A stretch of DNA of 64,000 nucleotides from assembly GCA_963663765.2 (NCBI GenBank), contig CAXXUA010000004.1, positions 480,001 through 544,000 on the forward strand. Reading direction: 5' to 3'. Of this stretch, positions 10,378-20,019 are shown one piece after another. Position numbers and translations under genes: made by a program. Every line of letters begins with the position of its first letter. The stretch's first letter is position 1. Under the pieces are notes generated by a model. That model saw nothing but the letters and a program-made list of their open reading frames with translations, was not told the origin of the DNA and did not search any database. This DNA is from Candidatus Poribacteria bacterium. GTDB taxonomy: Bacteria > Poribacteria > WGA-4E > WGA-3G.

Positions 10378-12537
10378 ATGTTTCGCAGAATGTCTGTTCG
10401 ATTTTTTGTCTTTTCCACCTGTCTATTGTTATTTGCGATCTTTCCTATTTACTCTCAAGACAACACATTAGAACAACCTGAACAAAAACCAGACGAGAGT
10501 AAACTCCCACCTTATTCGCGCTTTCTGAATGGAATTAAAATATGTCTTGATCCAGGTCATGGTGGACAAGGACACATTCCAGACTACAAACGCGGACCCA
10601 CGGGTCTGCGTGAAGCGGAAATCAATCTAAAGGTCGCAAAGTATCTAAAAACTTTGTTGGAGCAAGCAGGAACTACAGTCATTTTGACACGCATTGATGA
10701 TACTTATGTGAGTTTAGCAAGACGTAGTGAAATTGCAAATGAAAATGAAGTGGATTTCTTCATTTCCCTACATCACAACGGAATTGACAACAATCCAGAG
10801 GTAAATTTTACATCAACGTGGTATCACGGTGATGCAGACGAATCCCGCACAAGTTTGGACCTTGCGCGCTATATACAGAAAGGTGTATCAGACGCGTTGT
10901 CCTTGCCTAAATCAACTCCCGCTGGTCTCTTTTCTGATAAGTTGATTGTGTCATCTGGTTTCGGAGTTTTACGTTTAACAAAATGTCCTGCGATTGTTTG
11001 TGAAGCATCTTTTTATACGAACCCAGAAGAAGAGGCACGATTGAAAAATGAAGAATACCTCAAAAAGCAAGCTTATGGATACTTTCTTGGAATTGCCCGT
11101 TATGTTGAAGCCGGATTTCCAAAAGGAGTTCTAATAACACCGAAACACGAAACCAAAATTCAGACGAAAACTCCTACAATCAAGATACAAGTAAATGACG
11201 GATTACATGAAAGAGGAGCGTGGATGTTAAAACGTCAACAGGTTTTTACAGACACAATCAAAGTCAAAATAAATGGTGTCAATTCTCCTTTTGAATATGA
11301 CCGAGAGACAGATATTATCACAGTAAACATCAAGGAACCGTTGCCCAACGGTATCAATACGGTTCAAACTGAAATGGTGAATCTATATGGAAACCATAGT
11401 TTACCAAAGTCTGAGCATTTTATAGTCGCACCCCCCGCGGATGAATTGCAACTAAATGTGTGGACAGATACGATGCCTTATAATGGCAAGGGATACGTTG
11501 GTATAGGGGTTACTGCACTTGATGCTGATAGACAACCGATTGCTAATGGTGAAATTATTACAGTAAAGACTTCAAAAGGCACAATCTCAGATACAGAAGT
11601 GGTTACTTTAGATGGAAAATCGCACTTTTATCTAAATGCTCCCAATACACCTGGGACTGCTTTGATAGAAGCGACTTATGGTGATACTCGTAATACTCAT
11701 TATATTTATTTCACAGATATTGGGAATGGAATTCTTCAAGGTCAGGTAATAGATGCAGAAACCAACGAACCAATTTCAGCAGCTATATTACAAGCCGAAC
11801 CCAACCTTATCACTATATCGGATAGTATGGGACATTATCTTACAAAAACTGATCCTGCCGCAGAACATCCCTATGAAACTGCCGTCCATCTGTCAAAAAA
11901 GGGGTTTTATCCTGCAACAAAACATATACTCATAAAGGCAAATAATGCAAATATCCTCAATTTGAAACTACATGCAATTGCGGATGGCGTATTCGAAAAC
12001 TTTGTTATAATTCTTGATTCACAGACACATTCACCAAGAATTAATCAACTAATTGGAAACTTAAATGATATGTTGGAGCTTGCTGGTGCTACGGTGTATA
12101 ATATCCATTCACCTGAACAGCAGATGTCAACGGAGGAGAGAATAAAATTAGTCAACAATATCAATGCAGAAGGTTACTACCTACAAATCAATCATTCATC
12201 AGCAGTAGAAGGTGTGTCTTCAGTAATTGCTAAACACAATCGCGGAAACCGAGATACTGAGATGCTATTGAAAGAAATACTTAAACAGTACAACTATACG
12301 TTCATTAAGACACCGATTGTCACGGTGCAGGATAGAGATACACCTATAATACAACAGACAAACAAATTGGCAATGACGTTTGAAATCCGATCTTTAGAAA
12401 AAACTGATACAGTCCCAGAACAAGAAGCGACTGCTATATTCATCGGTGCATGGTTGTTTTTAAAAGAGGAAACTGAGATTGAAAAAGAAAAAATAGAACG
12501 TTTTATGGTATATTATAACAGAATACGGGGTGAGTAA
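10378..12537 (+). CDS. Secreted N-acetylmuramoyl-L-alanine amidase (Amidase_3) with Ig-like domains and a degenerate second amidase-like domain
   Basis: CLDPGHGG, E(A)EINL, ISLHHN, CEASF motifs; signal peptide. Start uncertain (10330/10378/10390). Confidence 0.85.
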   Translation: MFRRMSVRFFVFSTCLLLFAIFPIYSQDNTLEQPEQKPDESKLPPYSRFLNGIKICLDPGHGGQGHIPDYKRGPTGLREAEINLKVAKYLKTLLEQAGTTVILTRIDDTYVSLARRSEIANENEVDFFISLHHNGIDNNPEVNFTSTWYHGDADESRTSLDLARYIQKGVSDALSLPKSTPAGLFSDKLIVSSGFGVLRLTKCPAIVCEASFYTNPEEEARLKNEEYLKKQAYGYFLGIARYVEAGFPKGVLITPKHETKIQTKTPTIKIQVNDGLHERGAWMLKRQQVFTDTIKVKINGVNSPFEYDRETDIITVNIKEPLPNGINTVQTEMVNLYGNHSLPKSEHFIVAPPADELQLNVWTDTMPYNGKGYVGIGVTALDADRQPIANGEIITVKTSKGTISDTEVVTLDGKSHFYLNAPNTPGTALIEATYGDTRNTHYIYFTDIGNGILQGQVIDAETNEPISAAILQAEPNLITISDSMGHYLTKTDPAAEHPYETAVHLSKKGFYPATKHILIKANNANILNLKLHAIADGVFENFVIILDSQTHSPRINQLIGNLNDMLELAGATVYNIHSPEQQMSTEERIKLVNNINAEGYYLQINHSSAVEGVSSVIAKHNRGNRDTEMLLKEILKQYNYTFIKTPIVTVQDRDTPIIQQTNKLAMTFEIRSLEKTDTVPEQEATAIFIGAWLFLKEETEIEKEKIERFMVYYNRIRGE

Positions 12538-12539
12538 GT

Positions 12540-13541
12540 GTGCGTGTCTCATCAAAAATCACCAGATTGTATCTCAAGCATCCGTTCAAGATTTCACGTA
12601 GGGAAACAGACGCATTCCGTGAAGTGGTTTCCGTTGAAATAGACGGTGGGATTGGAGAAGCATCTCCAGCTAAGTTCTATGGTGAAACTGTACAATCTGC
12701 AGCAAATGCCTTTGAGAGTTGTTCATCAGCATTTGACGGTAACCTTGATCATATTCAAGATGTGATGCGAGAAATTGAATCAATGCTTGAAGGGAATTAC
12801 GCTGTAAAATCAGCAATTGATATGGCATTGCACGACAGGTTGGGCAAGAAACTTGGTGTTCCTCTTTACAACCTTTGGGGACTTAACCCCCAAAACACAC
12901 CATGCACATCCTTCACCATCGGTCTTGACGAACCAAATGTGATGGCTGAAAAAGCACGACAAGCTGAAAAGTATTCAATACTTAAAGTTAAACTTGGCAC
13001 TAATCGTGATATAGAGATTCTTCAAACATTGCGTAGAGTCACCGACAAACCGATATATGTTGACGCAAACACTGCATGGACACCGAAAGAAGCTGTGCAA
13101 AAAATAAGACAACTTGAAGAATATGGCGTTGAATTGATCGAACAGCCGACAAAGTCCGATGATATTGAAGGACTTAAATATGTCCGAGAGAATTCAGAAC
13201 TGCCCATTATTGCTGATGAAAGTGTAAAAAAAGTAAGTGATATTCCTGATTTAGTTGAAGCAGTCGATGGTATCAACATCAAATTGGTTAAATGTGGAGG
13301 TATTTCAGAAGCATTACGGATGATACATATTGCACGTGCCCACGGTTTGCTTGTTATGATCGGTTGCATGATTGAAAGTTCGCTTGGGATTACTGCTGCC
13401 GCACACCTGTCACCGCTCGTAAATTATGCCGACTTGGATGGTAACTTGTTGATTTCAAATGACCCGTATAGTGGTGTAACACTTGATAGTGGCAAATTGA
13501 TTTTACCTAATCGTCCAGGTATTGGTGTTTTAGCAACATAA
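12540..13541 (+). CDS. L-Ala-D/L-Glu dipeptide epimerase (enolase superfamily)
   Basis: KVKLG, VDAN, IEQP, ADES, NIKLVKCGG, GCMIES, DLDG motifs. Confidence 0.9.
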   Translation: MRVSSKITRLYLKHPFKISRRETDAFREVVSVEIDGGIGEASPAKFYGETVQSAANAFESCSSAFDGNLDHIQDVMREIESMLEGNYAVKSAIDMALHDRLGKKLGVPLYNLWGLNPQNTPCTSFTIGLDEPNVMAEKARQAEKYSILKVKLGTNRDIEILQTLRRVTDKPIYVDANTAWTPKEAVQKIRQLEEYGVELIEQPTKSDDIEGLKYVRENSELPIIADESVKKVSDIPDLVEAVDGINIKLVKCGGISEALRMIHIARAHGLLVMIGCMIESSLGITAAAHLSPLVNYADLDGNLLISNDPYSGVTLDSGKLILPNRPGIGVLAT

Positions 13542-13572
13542 TTAGAAGGATATACATTTCAAAGTAGAAAAT

Positions 13573-14529
13573 ATGAGATTATACAAAAAACAAATTACAT
13601 CCAGTGAAAAACCGATTGCGAGTGGGCAATACGACATCGTATCAAAAACTGTCATTCAACAAAATCCTAAGGATTGGCTTCAGTTTGGTCTCGGCATTAG
13701 AGATGTTCAATTCGTACAGCTTCTTGAAACTGAACAACCTACTGTTAGATCAAATCGAGCTGATAGTTTTATTCAAGCGAATGTAAACGGTAAAGATGCT
13801 ATCATACATTTTGAATTTCAGACACGTGATAGTACAGAAAAACAGATGGAACACCGAATTGCCGGTTACGTAGGAAGAGGAATTGAAACCTATGGCATGC
13901 CGGTTTATTCACATGTCGTCTATTTGCACCCTGATGCGGGACGAAACGACCCCGGTGAATATAGACAAAAGGGACATGGATATAACATACATATCCAATA
14001 TAAGGTGATTAGACTCTGTGATTTGGATGGACAAAATATTCTTGATGCCAAAATCAAAGGATTAATTCCGTTCACACCTCTTATGAAGACTCCAGAAAAT
14101 ATAGGTACTGAAGAATGGTTTCGGCATTGTGTTCAAATCGCTACGTCAATTACAAAAAACGAGTCAGAACAGGCAGATTATCTTACCAACCTTGGCATAC
14201 TTAGTGGTATAATATTAGACTATGAAATAATAAGAAAAATCATAATGGAGGAAACCATGCAAGAATCTTCTGTGATCCAACACTTTACACAACAAGGTAT
14301 TGAACAAGGTATTGAACAAGGTATTGAACAAGGTATTGAACAAGGTATACGTGAAGGGACTATTGAAGCAATTCTTGAAGTTCTTGAGGAACAATTTCAA
14401 TCCAACGATGTTCAGTCATTGAAACCTATACTTAAAAATATTGAAGAACTACAACGTCTAAAGCAAATACTTCGCAAGGCAGCACGGGCAACAAGTCTTG
14501 AAACCTTCAAACAAACTTTAGAGGAATAG
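13573..14529 (+). CDS. Rpn/YhgA-like PD-(D/E)XK recombination-promoting nuclease (putative transposase)
   Basis: YDIVSK, RADS...IHFEFQ, and C-terminal EQGI repeats. Confidence 0.8.
   Translation: MRLYKKQITSSEKPIASGQYDIVSKTVIQQNPKDWLQFGLGIRDVQFVQLLETEQPTVRSNRADSFIQANVNGKDAIIHFEFQTRDSTEKQMEHRIAGYVGRGIETYGMPVYSHVVYLHPDAGRNDPGEYRQKGHGYNIHIQYKVIRLCDLDGQNILDAKIKGLIPFTPLMKTPENIGTEEWFRHCVQIATSITKNESEQADYLTNLGILSGIILDYEIIRKIIMEETMQESSVIQHFTQQGIEQGIEQGIEQGIEQGIREGTIEAILEVLEEQFQSNDVQSLKPILKNIEELQRLKQILRKAARATSLETFKQTLEE
14291..14348 (+). repeat. 12-bp coding tandem repeat (AACAAGGTATTG, about 4.8 copies)
   Basis: Directly visible; encodes the EQGI repeats typical of Rpn proteins. Confidence 0.9.
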
Positions 14530-14539
14530 GGGTTGAAAA

Positions 14540-15253
14540 GTGAAAACTATAAATCGCAATGTCCTTATCACAGGCGGCACAGGTATACTGGGTAGTGCAG
14601 TAACAAAAGCTTACCTTGCAAAAGGTAACACCGTTGCTGTAACATATCTGTTTGATAATGAGGTGGAACGTTTCAAGGAGTACAATCCTGAACTTAGCAA
14701 TGATGTTACTTTCCTTTTTGCAAACGTTACTGATGAAGCAGAGGTACAGCAAACCATCAAAACTTTCATCACGCAATTTGGCAATCTTGATATTTTGGTG
14801 AATATCGTTGGTGGATTTGTCGGTGGCATCCCAACTGCAGAACTTGATGAGGACAAATGGAACTTCATGATGAATCTCAACCTAAAAAGCGTTTACCTCT
14901 GTTGTAAGGCAGCTATTCCATATATGACAGAACAAAGTTATGGTAAGATCGTTAATGTATCTGCACGTGCTGGTTTGAAAGGTGAAGCGGGTTTGAGTGC
15001 ATATTGCGTGTCAAAAGGGGGAGTGCGGACATTGACCGAATCATTGGCTGCAGAAGTAATGGATTCTGGTATCAATGTCAATTGCATCATGCCGAGTATT
15101 ATGGACACGCCAATGAACAGAGAAGCAATGCCAGATGAAGATCATGACCGTTGGGTCAAACCTGAGGATGTCGCCAAAGTAATTTATTTCCTTACCTCTG
15201 ATGATGCATCTATAATCAACGGTGCTGCTATTCCTGTTTATGGTAGGGCTTAG
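14540..15253 (+). CDS. SDR family oxidoreductase
   Basis: TGGTGILG and YCVSK catalytic motif. Confidence 0.9.
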   Translation: MKTINRNVLITGGTGILGSAVTKAYLAKGNTVAVTYLFDNEVERFKEYNPELSNDVTFLFANVTDEAEVQQTIKTFITQFGNLDILVNIVGGFVGGIPTAELDEDKWNFMMNLNLKSVYLCCKAAIPYMTEQSYGKIVNVSARAGLKGEAGLSAYCVSKGGVRTLTESLAAEVMDSGINVNCIMPSIMDTPMNREAMPDEDHDRWVKPEDVAKVIYFLTSDDASIINGAAIPVYGRA

Positions 15254-15384
15254 AGTCTGTTTTCTAATCTTAGATATGTCCACGTCATAATCCCAATCAG
15301 GCCGTGGATTAACATTAACACCTTCCATTACCTGTGGAGGTTACTGTTTGTTTTTATCCATCCAAAATTCTCATCCCACCAAGT

Positions 15385-15532
15385 TATAGTGAATTCTAAA
15401 TTTACCTTTACAGTTCTTTTTGTGTTTGATAGGTTGTAGTCGAGCAATTCAATGCACCTCTTACATTGACCGGTAGGCGAGGTTTCTAACCTCGCCTGTT
15501 GCAGTGTATAAGTAATGATAAAATCTACTATA
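15385..15532. mobile_element. MITE-like element with TATAGT termini carrying a GTAG REP
   Basis: Imperfect terminal inverted repeats TATAGTGAATTCT / AAAATCTACTATA; internal GGTAGGCGAGGTT-TCT-AACCTCGCC hairpin; similar right end near 39327-39356. Confidence 0.5.
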
Positions 15533-15541
15533 ATTTCCTAA

Positions 15542-15580
15542 TGCCAAAAAAATAAGAATTTACTGCGTAAAAAATAAGCA
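15542..15580 (+). promoter_or_regulatory. Two NtrC-like enhancer sites (TGC-N11-GCA type)
   Basis: TGC-CAAAAAAATAA-GAA (15542-15558) and TGC-GTAAAAAATAA-GCA (15564-15580), 22 bp apart, about 75-110 bp upstream of a sigma54 motif. Confidence 0.6.
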
Positions 15581-15653
15581 ACTTAAATTTTAATTATTGT
15601 TTTCAATCCTTGAAATCATTGTGAATGCTTGCTATTAACCATTTCTAAGTACT

Positions 15654-15669
15654 TGGCACTAATTTTGCT
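15654..15669 (+). promoter_or_regulatory. Sigma54 (-24/-12) promoter of the nitrate assimilation operon
   Basis: TGGCAC-TAATT-TTGCT matches the TGGCAC-N5-TTGC consensus. Confidence 0.8.
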
Positions 15670-15747
15670 ATATGATTTATGTCTTAGGCTTAATTATGAG
15701 TTTACACTCACATAGTATCGGATTTAGAAAGGTTTAAATTCAACAGG

Positions 15748-16350
15748 ATGGAAGCAGTCGCTGAAACACAGAATGTATTAATCGTTGATGAAGATGTGAA
15801 TCGGATAAATCAGTTAGACCAAGTCTTTGAGGCAAGCAGATATAACGTCATAGCGCATCTGACGCTACAGCAAGGTCTTCTGCAACAGGTCAAACAAGCA
15901 AATCCGGACATCATTCTGATTGGTGTGGAATCGCCTTGCGATAAGACTTTAGAAACCGTTTCTTCAATCAACCAAAATCATCCTTGCCCGATTGTAATGT
16001 TTGCACAAGATGCGCGATCTGAAACAATTCAAAACGCCACATTGGCGGGTGTATCCGCGTATGTTGTTGGAAAGCTTAGTAAGGAGCGGATCGAAACAAT
16101 AATAAAAGCAGCTGTTGCTCGCTTTTGTAAGTTCCAAGCACTGCAACAAGAACTTGAAAAAACGAAAACAAGTCTCGCTGAACGAAAAGTCATTGAACGA
16201 GCAAAGGAAATCGTTGCCCAACAACGCGGGACTACCGAGGCAGAAGCATATCAAACATTACGGAAAATTGCGATGGATCGCAGAAAACGACTCGCAGAAA
16301 TTGCCCAAGATGTCTTGTCAATCGCAGAAGTATTGACAAACAAGACATAA
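15748..16350 (+). CDS. nasT: NasT-like ANTAR antiterminator (pseudo-receiver plus ANTAR)
   Basis: Receiver-like N-terminus, ANTAR motif LAERKVIERAK...EAYQTLRKIAMD, upstream of nitrite and nitrate reductases. Confidence 0.88.
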   Translation: MEAVAETQNVLIVDEDVNRINQLDQVFEASRYNVIAHLTLQQGLLQQVKQANPDIILIGVESPCDKTLETVSSINQNHPCPIVMFAQDARSETIQNATLAGVSAYVVGKLSKERIETIIKAAVARFCKFQALQQELEKTKTSLAERKVIERAKEIVAQQRGTTEAEAYQTLRKIAMDRRKRLAEIAQDVLSIAEVLTNKT

Positions 16351-16441
16351 GAAATCTAATCATTACATTTTAGATTGAGATAAAGTGCTCGTTCAACGTT
16401 GAACGATGTTGCTAAATAAAAAGAGAATAACAAAGATATCC

Positions 16442-16516
16442 AACCAATGTTGGTTTGGGTTCGGACAGAGGTGTCCATCTGGCAAAAGCATTACGCTTTC
16501 TGATGGACGCTTTTTT
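16442..16516 (+). promoter_or_regulatory. ANTAR dual-hairpin RNA element overlapping an intrinsic terminator
   Basis: P1 AACC-AATGTT-GGTT and P2 GGAC-AGAGGT-GTCC (hexaloops with A1/G4). P2 overlaps the 5' arm of terminator GTGTCCATC...GATGGACGC-TTTTTT. Confidence 0.85.
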
Positions 16517-16610
16517 GTTTTAACTTTTCATCAGTATTCATAAGATAGCAAATTCATATTCAGGTGCAATACTGACCGGATGCCACAGTATTAAAATTGG
16601 AGATTCAAAG

Positions 16611-18164
16611 ATGACCCAACTTGAAAAGAAAAAACCGAGATTGAAGAGAACAGGTTCCCCAAAGAAGGACAAATCCAAACTTCATCCCGCTGAAGCACTC
16701 AAACGTGAAAAAAACGGTCTTGAAGTGATAGATGACATTCCACACTACGTCCGGAATGGGTGGGAGTCAATTCCGCCAGAAAAACGCGACAGACTTAAGT
16801 GGGTAGGAGTGTTCTACCGTCGACAAACTCCGGGTGCATTTATGATGCGTTTACGAATGTCAAGCGGATTAAGCAACGCTGATCAATTTCGGACTATCGC
16901 TTCAATCAGTGATGCACATGGACCAGGGTTTGTTGACCTCACCACTCGTCAGCAGATACAACTACGCGGATTTACTATTGAAACCGTGCAGAACATCTGG
17001 AACCAACTTGAAGAGGTCGGGTTAAACTCACTTCAAACCGGATTTGACAATATCCGGGGTGTTACAGGTTGTCCCGTTGCTGGACTGACACCCAATGAGT
17101 TGTTGGATGCTTCACTTGTTGCAAAGAAGTACACTGATATAATCGTAGGCAATAAGGAATTTACCGATCTTCCGCGTAAGTTCAATGTTGGCATTACAGG
17201 ATGTTTGGACAACTGCACACACGCAGCATCTCAGGATATAGCGCTTACTCCTGCAGTTAAAGAGGTTGATGGTCAAGAAACAAAAGGCTTTAATGTCTTG
17301 GTCGGAGGGAAAATGGGTTCTGGCGGTTATACCCTTGCGGAAGACCTTGATGTGTTTGTTTTACCTGAAGATGCTGCGGCGTTGTGTGCTGAAATAACAT
17401 TGATTTTTAAAGATCACGGTCCACGCACAGTTCGGAACAAATCACGAATGGCTTTTTTAATTGCTGACTGGGGAGTGGAGAAGTTCAGGAAAGAGTTAGA
17501 GTTTCGGTACGACAAATCACTTTTAACAGCAGGCATAGATATGCGCGGTAAGAAGAAAACAGACCATACAGGCATTTTCTCACAGAAGCAGAAAACACTT
17601 AACTATGTAGGACTTGTTGTACCAGTTGGACGCATGACAACAGCACAACTTTATGAAGTTGCACGCCTTGCTGATGAATACGGTTCAGGAGATATACGGT
17701 TAACCCAAGGACAGAATCTAATTATTCCCAATGTGCCGGATGCAAGAATTGGCGAGTTAACGGCTGAACCGCTCCTACAAGAATTACGCTATGATCCGTC
17801 AGAGGTTATGCGTGGAATGGTCAGCTGCACAGGTATTGACTACTGCCACTTCTCTCTCATTGAGACCAAAGAACGTGCAATGGAAGCCATCCGACACTTG
17901 GAAGCGAAACTCGGCAATACCAAGCCTCTTACCGTACATTGGTCAGGGTGTCCAAACGGATGTGGTAACCACGCTGCTGCTGATATTGGACTTCTCGGTA
18001 GAAAAACCAAAATCAATGGCGTCGTTACTGATGCTGTTGATGTATTTGTAAAAGGCGATACCGGTCCAAATCCAAAAATTGCAGCAAAGTTATTAGAAAA
18101 TGTACCTTGCGATGATTTACCACAAGTACTTGAAGGACTTGTACCTTACCTATCAAAAAAATAA
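16611..18164 (+). CDS. nirA: Ferredoxin-nitrite reductase
   Basis: TTRQQIQLR, LPRKFN, SCTGIDYC and HWSGCPNGCG siroheme/4Fe-4S motifs. Confidence 0.92.
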   Translation: MTQLEKKKPRLKRTGSPKKDKSKLHPAEALKREKNGLEVIDDIPHYVRNGWESIPPEKRDRLKWVGVFYRRQTPGAFMMRLRMSSGLSNADQFRTIASISDAHGPGFVDLTTRQQIQLRGFTIETVQNIWNQLEEVGLNSLQTGFDNIRGVTGCPVAGLTPNELLDASLVAKKYTDIIVGNKEFTDLPRKFNVGITGCLDNCTHAASQDIALTPAVKEVDGQETKGFNVLVGGKMGSGGYTLAEDLDVFVLPEDAAALCAEITLIFKDHGPRTVRNKSRMAFLIADWGVEKFRKELEFRYDKSLLTAGIDMRGKKKTDHTGIFSQKQKTLNYVGLVVPVGRMTTAQLYEVARLADEYGSGDIRLTQGQNLIIPNVPDARIGELTAEPLLQELRYDPSEVMRGMVSCTGIDYCHFSLIETKERAMEAIRHLEAKLGNTKPLTVHWSGCPNGCGNHAAADIGLLGRKTKINGVVTDAVDVFVKGDTGPNPKIAAKLLENVPCDDLPQVLEGLVPYLSKK

Positions 18165-18186
18165 ACTGAATATAACGATCAAATAT

Positions 18187-18480
18187 TGGTAGGGTTGAGT
18201 AGAGTGAAACCCATAACTGTAAATTTAGCGAACACCAATAAGGTAGATACGGTTTCCTAACCGTACCTGGTTTATTCTGTTCTTGTAGGTTGGGTTGAGG
18301 AATGAAACCCAACCTACAAGAACATGAAGACCTAAATTGACGCTTATAGGTAAAGCAGAGCGAAACCCAGGGTTATTTAGTTATAGGTATTTTAGCTATT
18401 TCCTGAGAAAATCGCGACCGGCAAATCAACGGTATGAATGCCTGATGGCATTCCCCGGGTCGCTCCTACCGCGGGGTTTC
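18187..18480. repeat. Cluster of GTAG-type REP hairpins between nirA and the transporter
   Basis: For example TGTAGGTTGGGTT...AACCCAACCTACA, GGTAGATACGGTT-TCCT-AACCGTACC, and a CGCGACC...GGTCGCTCCTACC REP interrupted by the mini-element at 18422-18456. Confidence 0.7.
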
Positions 18481-18575
18481 TTTTTTTAAAAATCCAAAAA
18501 TTAGGAAAACTGAATAATCCTGGCGAAATCCAACAACTACTGACAACTGAAAGGAAAATATAAAATAGGTGAAAA

Positions 18576-19931
18576 ATGGATATTAAAAATAAAGCAACAC
18601 AAATTAAACTGTTTAGTTTAAAAACGGTTCAGATGCGGACGTTTCATACGACATGGTTTGCCTTTTTCTTAGCCTTTTTCGGATGGTTCGGTATTGCTCC
18701 TCTTATGGCAATTGTCCGTGAAGATTTGATGTTAACGAAGACACAAGTTGGTAACACAATAATTGCCTCTGTTGCAATTACAGTGTTGGTCAGAGTTCTC
18801 ATTGGTCCGCTTTGTGACCGAATCGGGTCTCGAAAGACGTATACGTGGCTGCTCATTCTCGGTTCAATACCGGTGATGGGTATCGGACTTGCACAGGATT
18901 ACAAGACGTTCCTGCTATTCCGTTTAGCAATTGGCGCTATTGGTGCATCATTTGTTATCACGCAGTATCACACCTCAGTCATGTTCGCGCCGAATTGTAT
19001 CGGGACTGCAAATGCTACTACTGCAGGTTGGGGAAATCTGGGAGGTGGTGTTACCCAGATGGTTATGCCGCTTATTTTTTCGGTTGTCTTGAGCTTTGGA
19101 GTGAATGAATTTCTTGGTTGGCGATTGGCTATGATTGTTCCAGGAATTGCCCTCTTTATCATGGGATTCGTCTATTACTTCTCTACCCAAGATGCACCAG
19201 ATGGCGACTATAAGGAACTTCGCGAGCGAGGTGACCTTGAACCTGCTGAAGGCAAAGGTATGGAATCTTTCTTGCTTGCAATTACAGATTATCGCGTTTG
19301 GGCACTATTTTTTATTTATGCTGCATGTTTCGGCTTAGAACTTACCATTAACAATGTTGCCGCACTTTACTACCATGACCGCTTCCAATTAAATGTCCAC
19401 ACAGCGGGACTCATTGCAGGTTTGTTCGGACTGATGAACATTTTTGCACGCACTGTCGGCGGTGTTTTCTCTGATTTCTTTGCGAAAAACATGGGGCTAC
19501 GAGGACGTGTCCTGTTTTTGTTTATTGTCCTATTAGGTGAAGGTATTATGCTTATGCTGTTCTCGCAGATGGCACTCCTCATTTTTGCTATTCTAACTAT
19601 GCTTGTCTTTAGTTTTTTTGTCCAAATGGCCGAAGGCGCAACGTATGGTATTGTCCCATTTATTAACAGGAAAGCATTAGGAGCAGTTGCTGGTATTGTC
19701 GGTGCTGGTGGAAATGCAGGAGCAGTTGCTGCAGGCTTCCTTTTTCGGGCAGAAAGTATCACAACACAGCAGGCATTCCTTTTCCTTGGTGGAATGGTAA
19801 TTGTTGGTGCATTTGGAACGGCTTTAGTGCGGTTCTCGCCCGCAGTACAAGACGCCGAAAAAAGAGCATTTAATGCTGCACTTGCAGAAAAACAACGTCT
19901 GAAGGCAGAAACAGGGAATGTCCATGCCTAA
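18576..19931 (+). CDS. Nitrate/nitrite MFS transporter (NRT2/NarK family)
   Basis: AGWGNLGGG and GIVGAGGNAG nitrate signature motifs; FGLMNIFAR. Confidence 0.92.
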   Translation: MDIKNKATQIKLFSLKTVQMRTFHTTWFAFFLAFFGWFGIAPLMAIVREDLMLTKTQVGNTIIASVAITVLVRVLIGPLCDRIGSRKTYTWLLILGSIPVMGIGLAQDYKTFLLFRLAIGAIGASFVITQYHTSVMFAPNCIGTANATTAGWGNLGGGVTQMVMPLIFSVVLSFGVNEFLGWRLAMIVPGIALFIMGFVYYFSTQDAPDGDYKELRERGDLEPAEGKGMESFLLAITDYRVWALFFIYAACFGLELTINNVAALYYHDRFQLNVHTAGLIAGLFGLMNIFARTVGGVFSDFFAKNMGLRGRVLFLFIVLLGEGIMLMLFSQMALLIFAILTMLVFSFFVQMAEGATYGIVPFINRKALGAVAGIVGAGGNAGAVAAGFLFRAESITTQQAFLFLGGMVIVGAFGTALVRFSPAVQDAEKRAFNAALAEKQRLKAETGNVHA

Positions 19932-20019
19932 TAATGTGCTTAGTCTCAATTAGCGATTGAGGTTAAAAAGCAAATAGTTAATGAAATTGTGAATTTACCT
20001 CTATTCATGGGAGATATTA

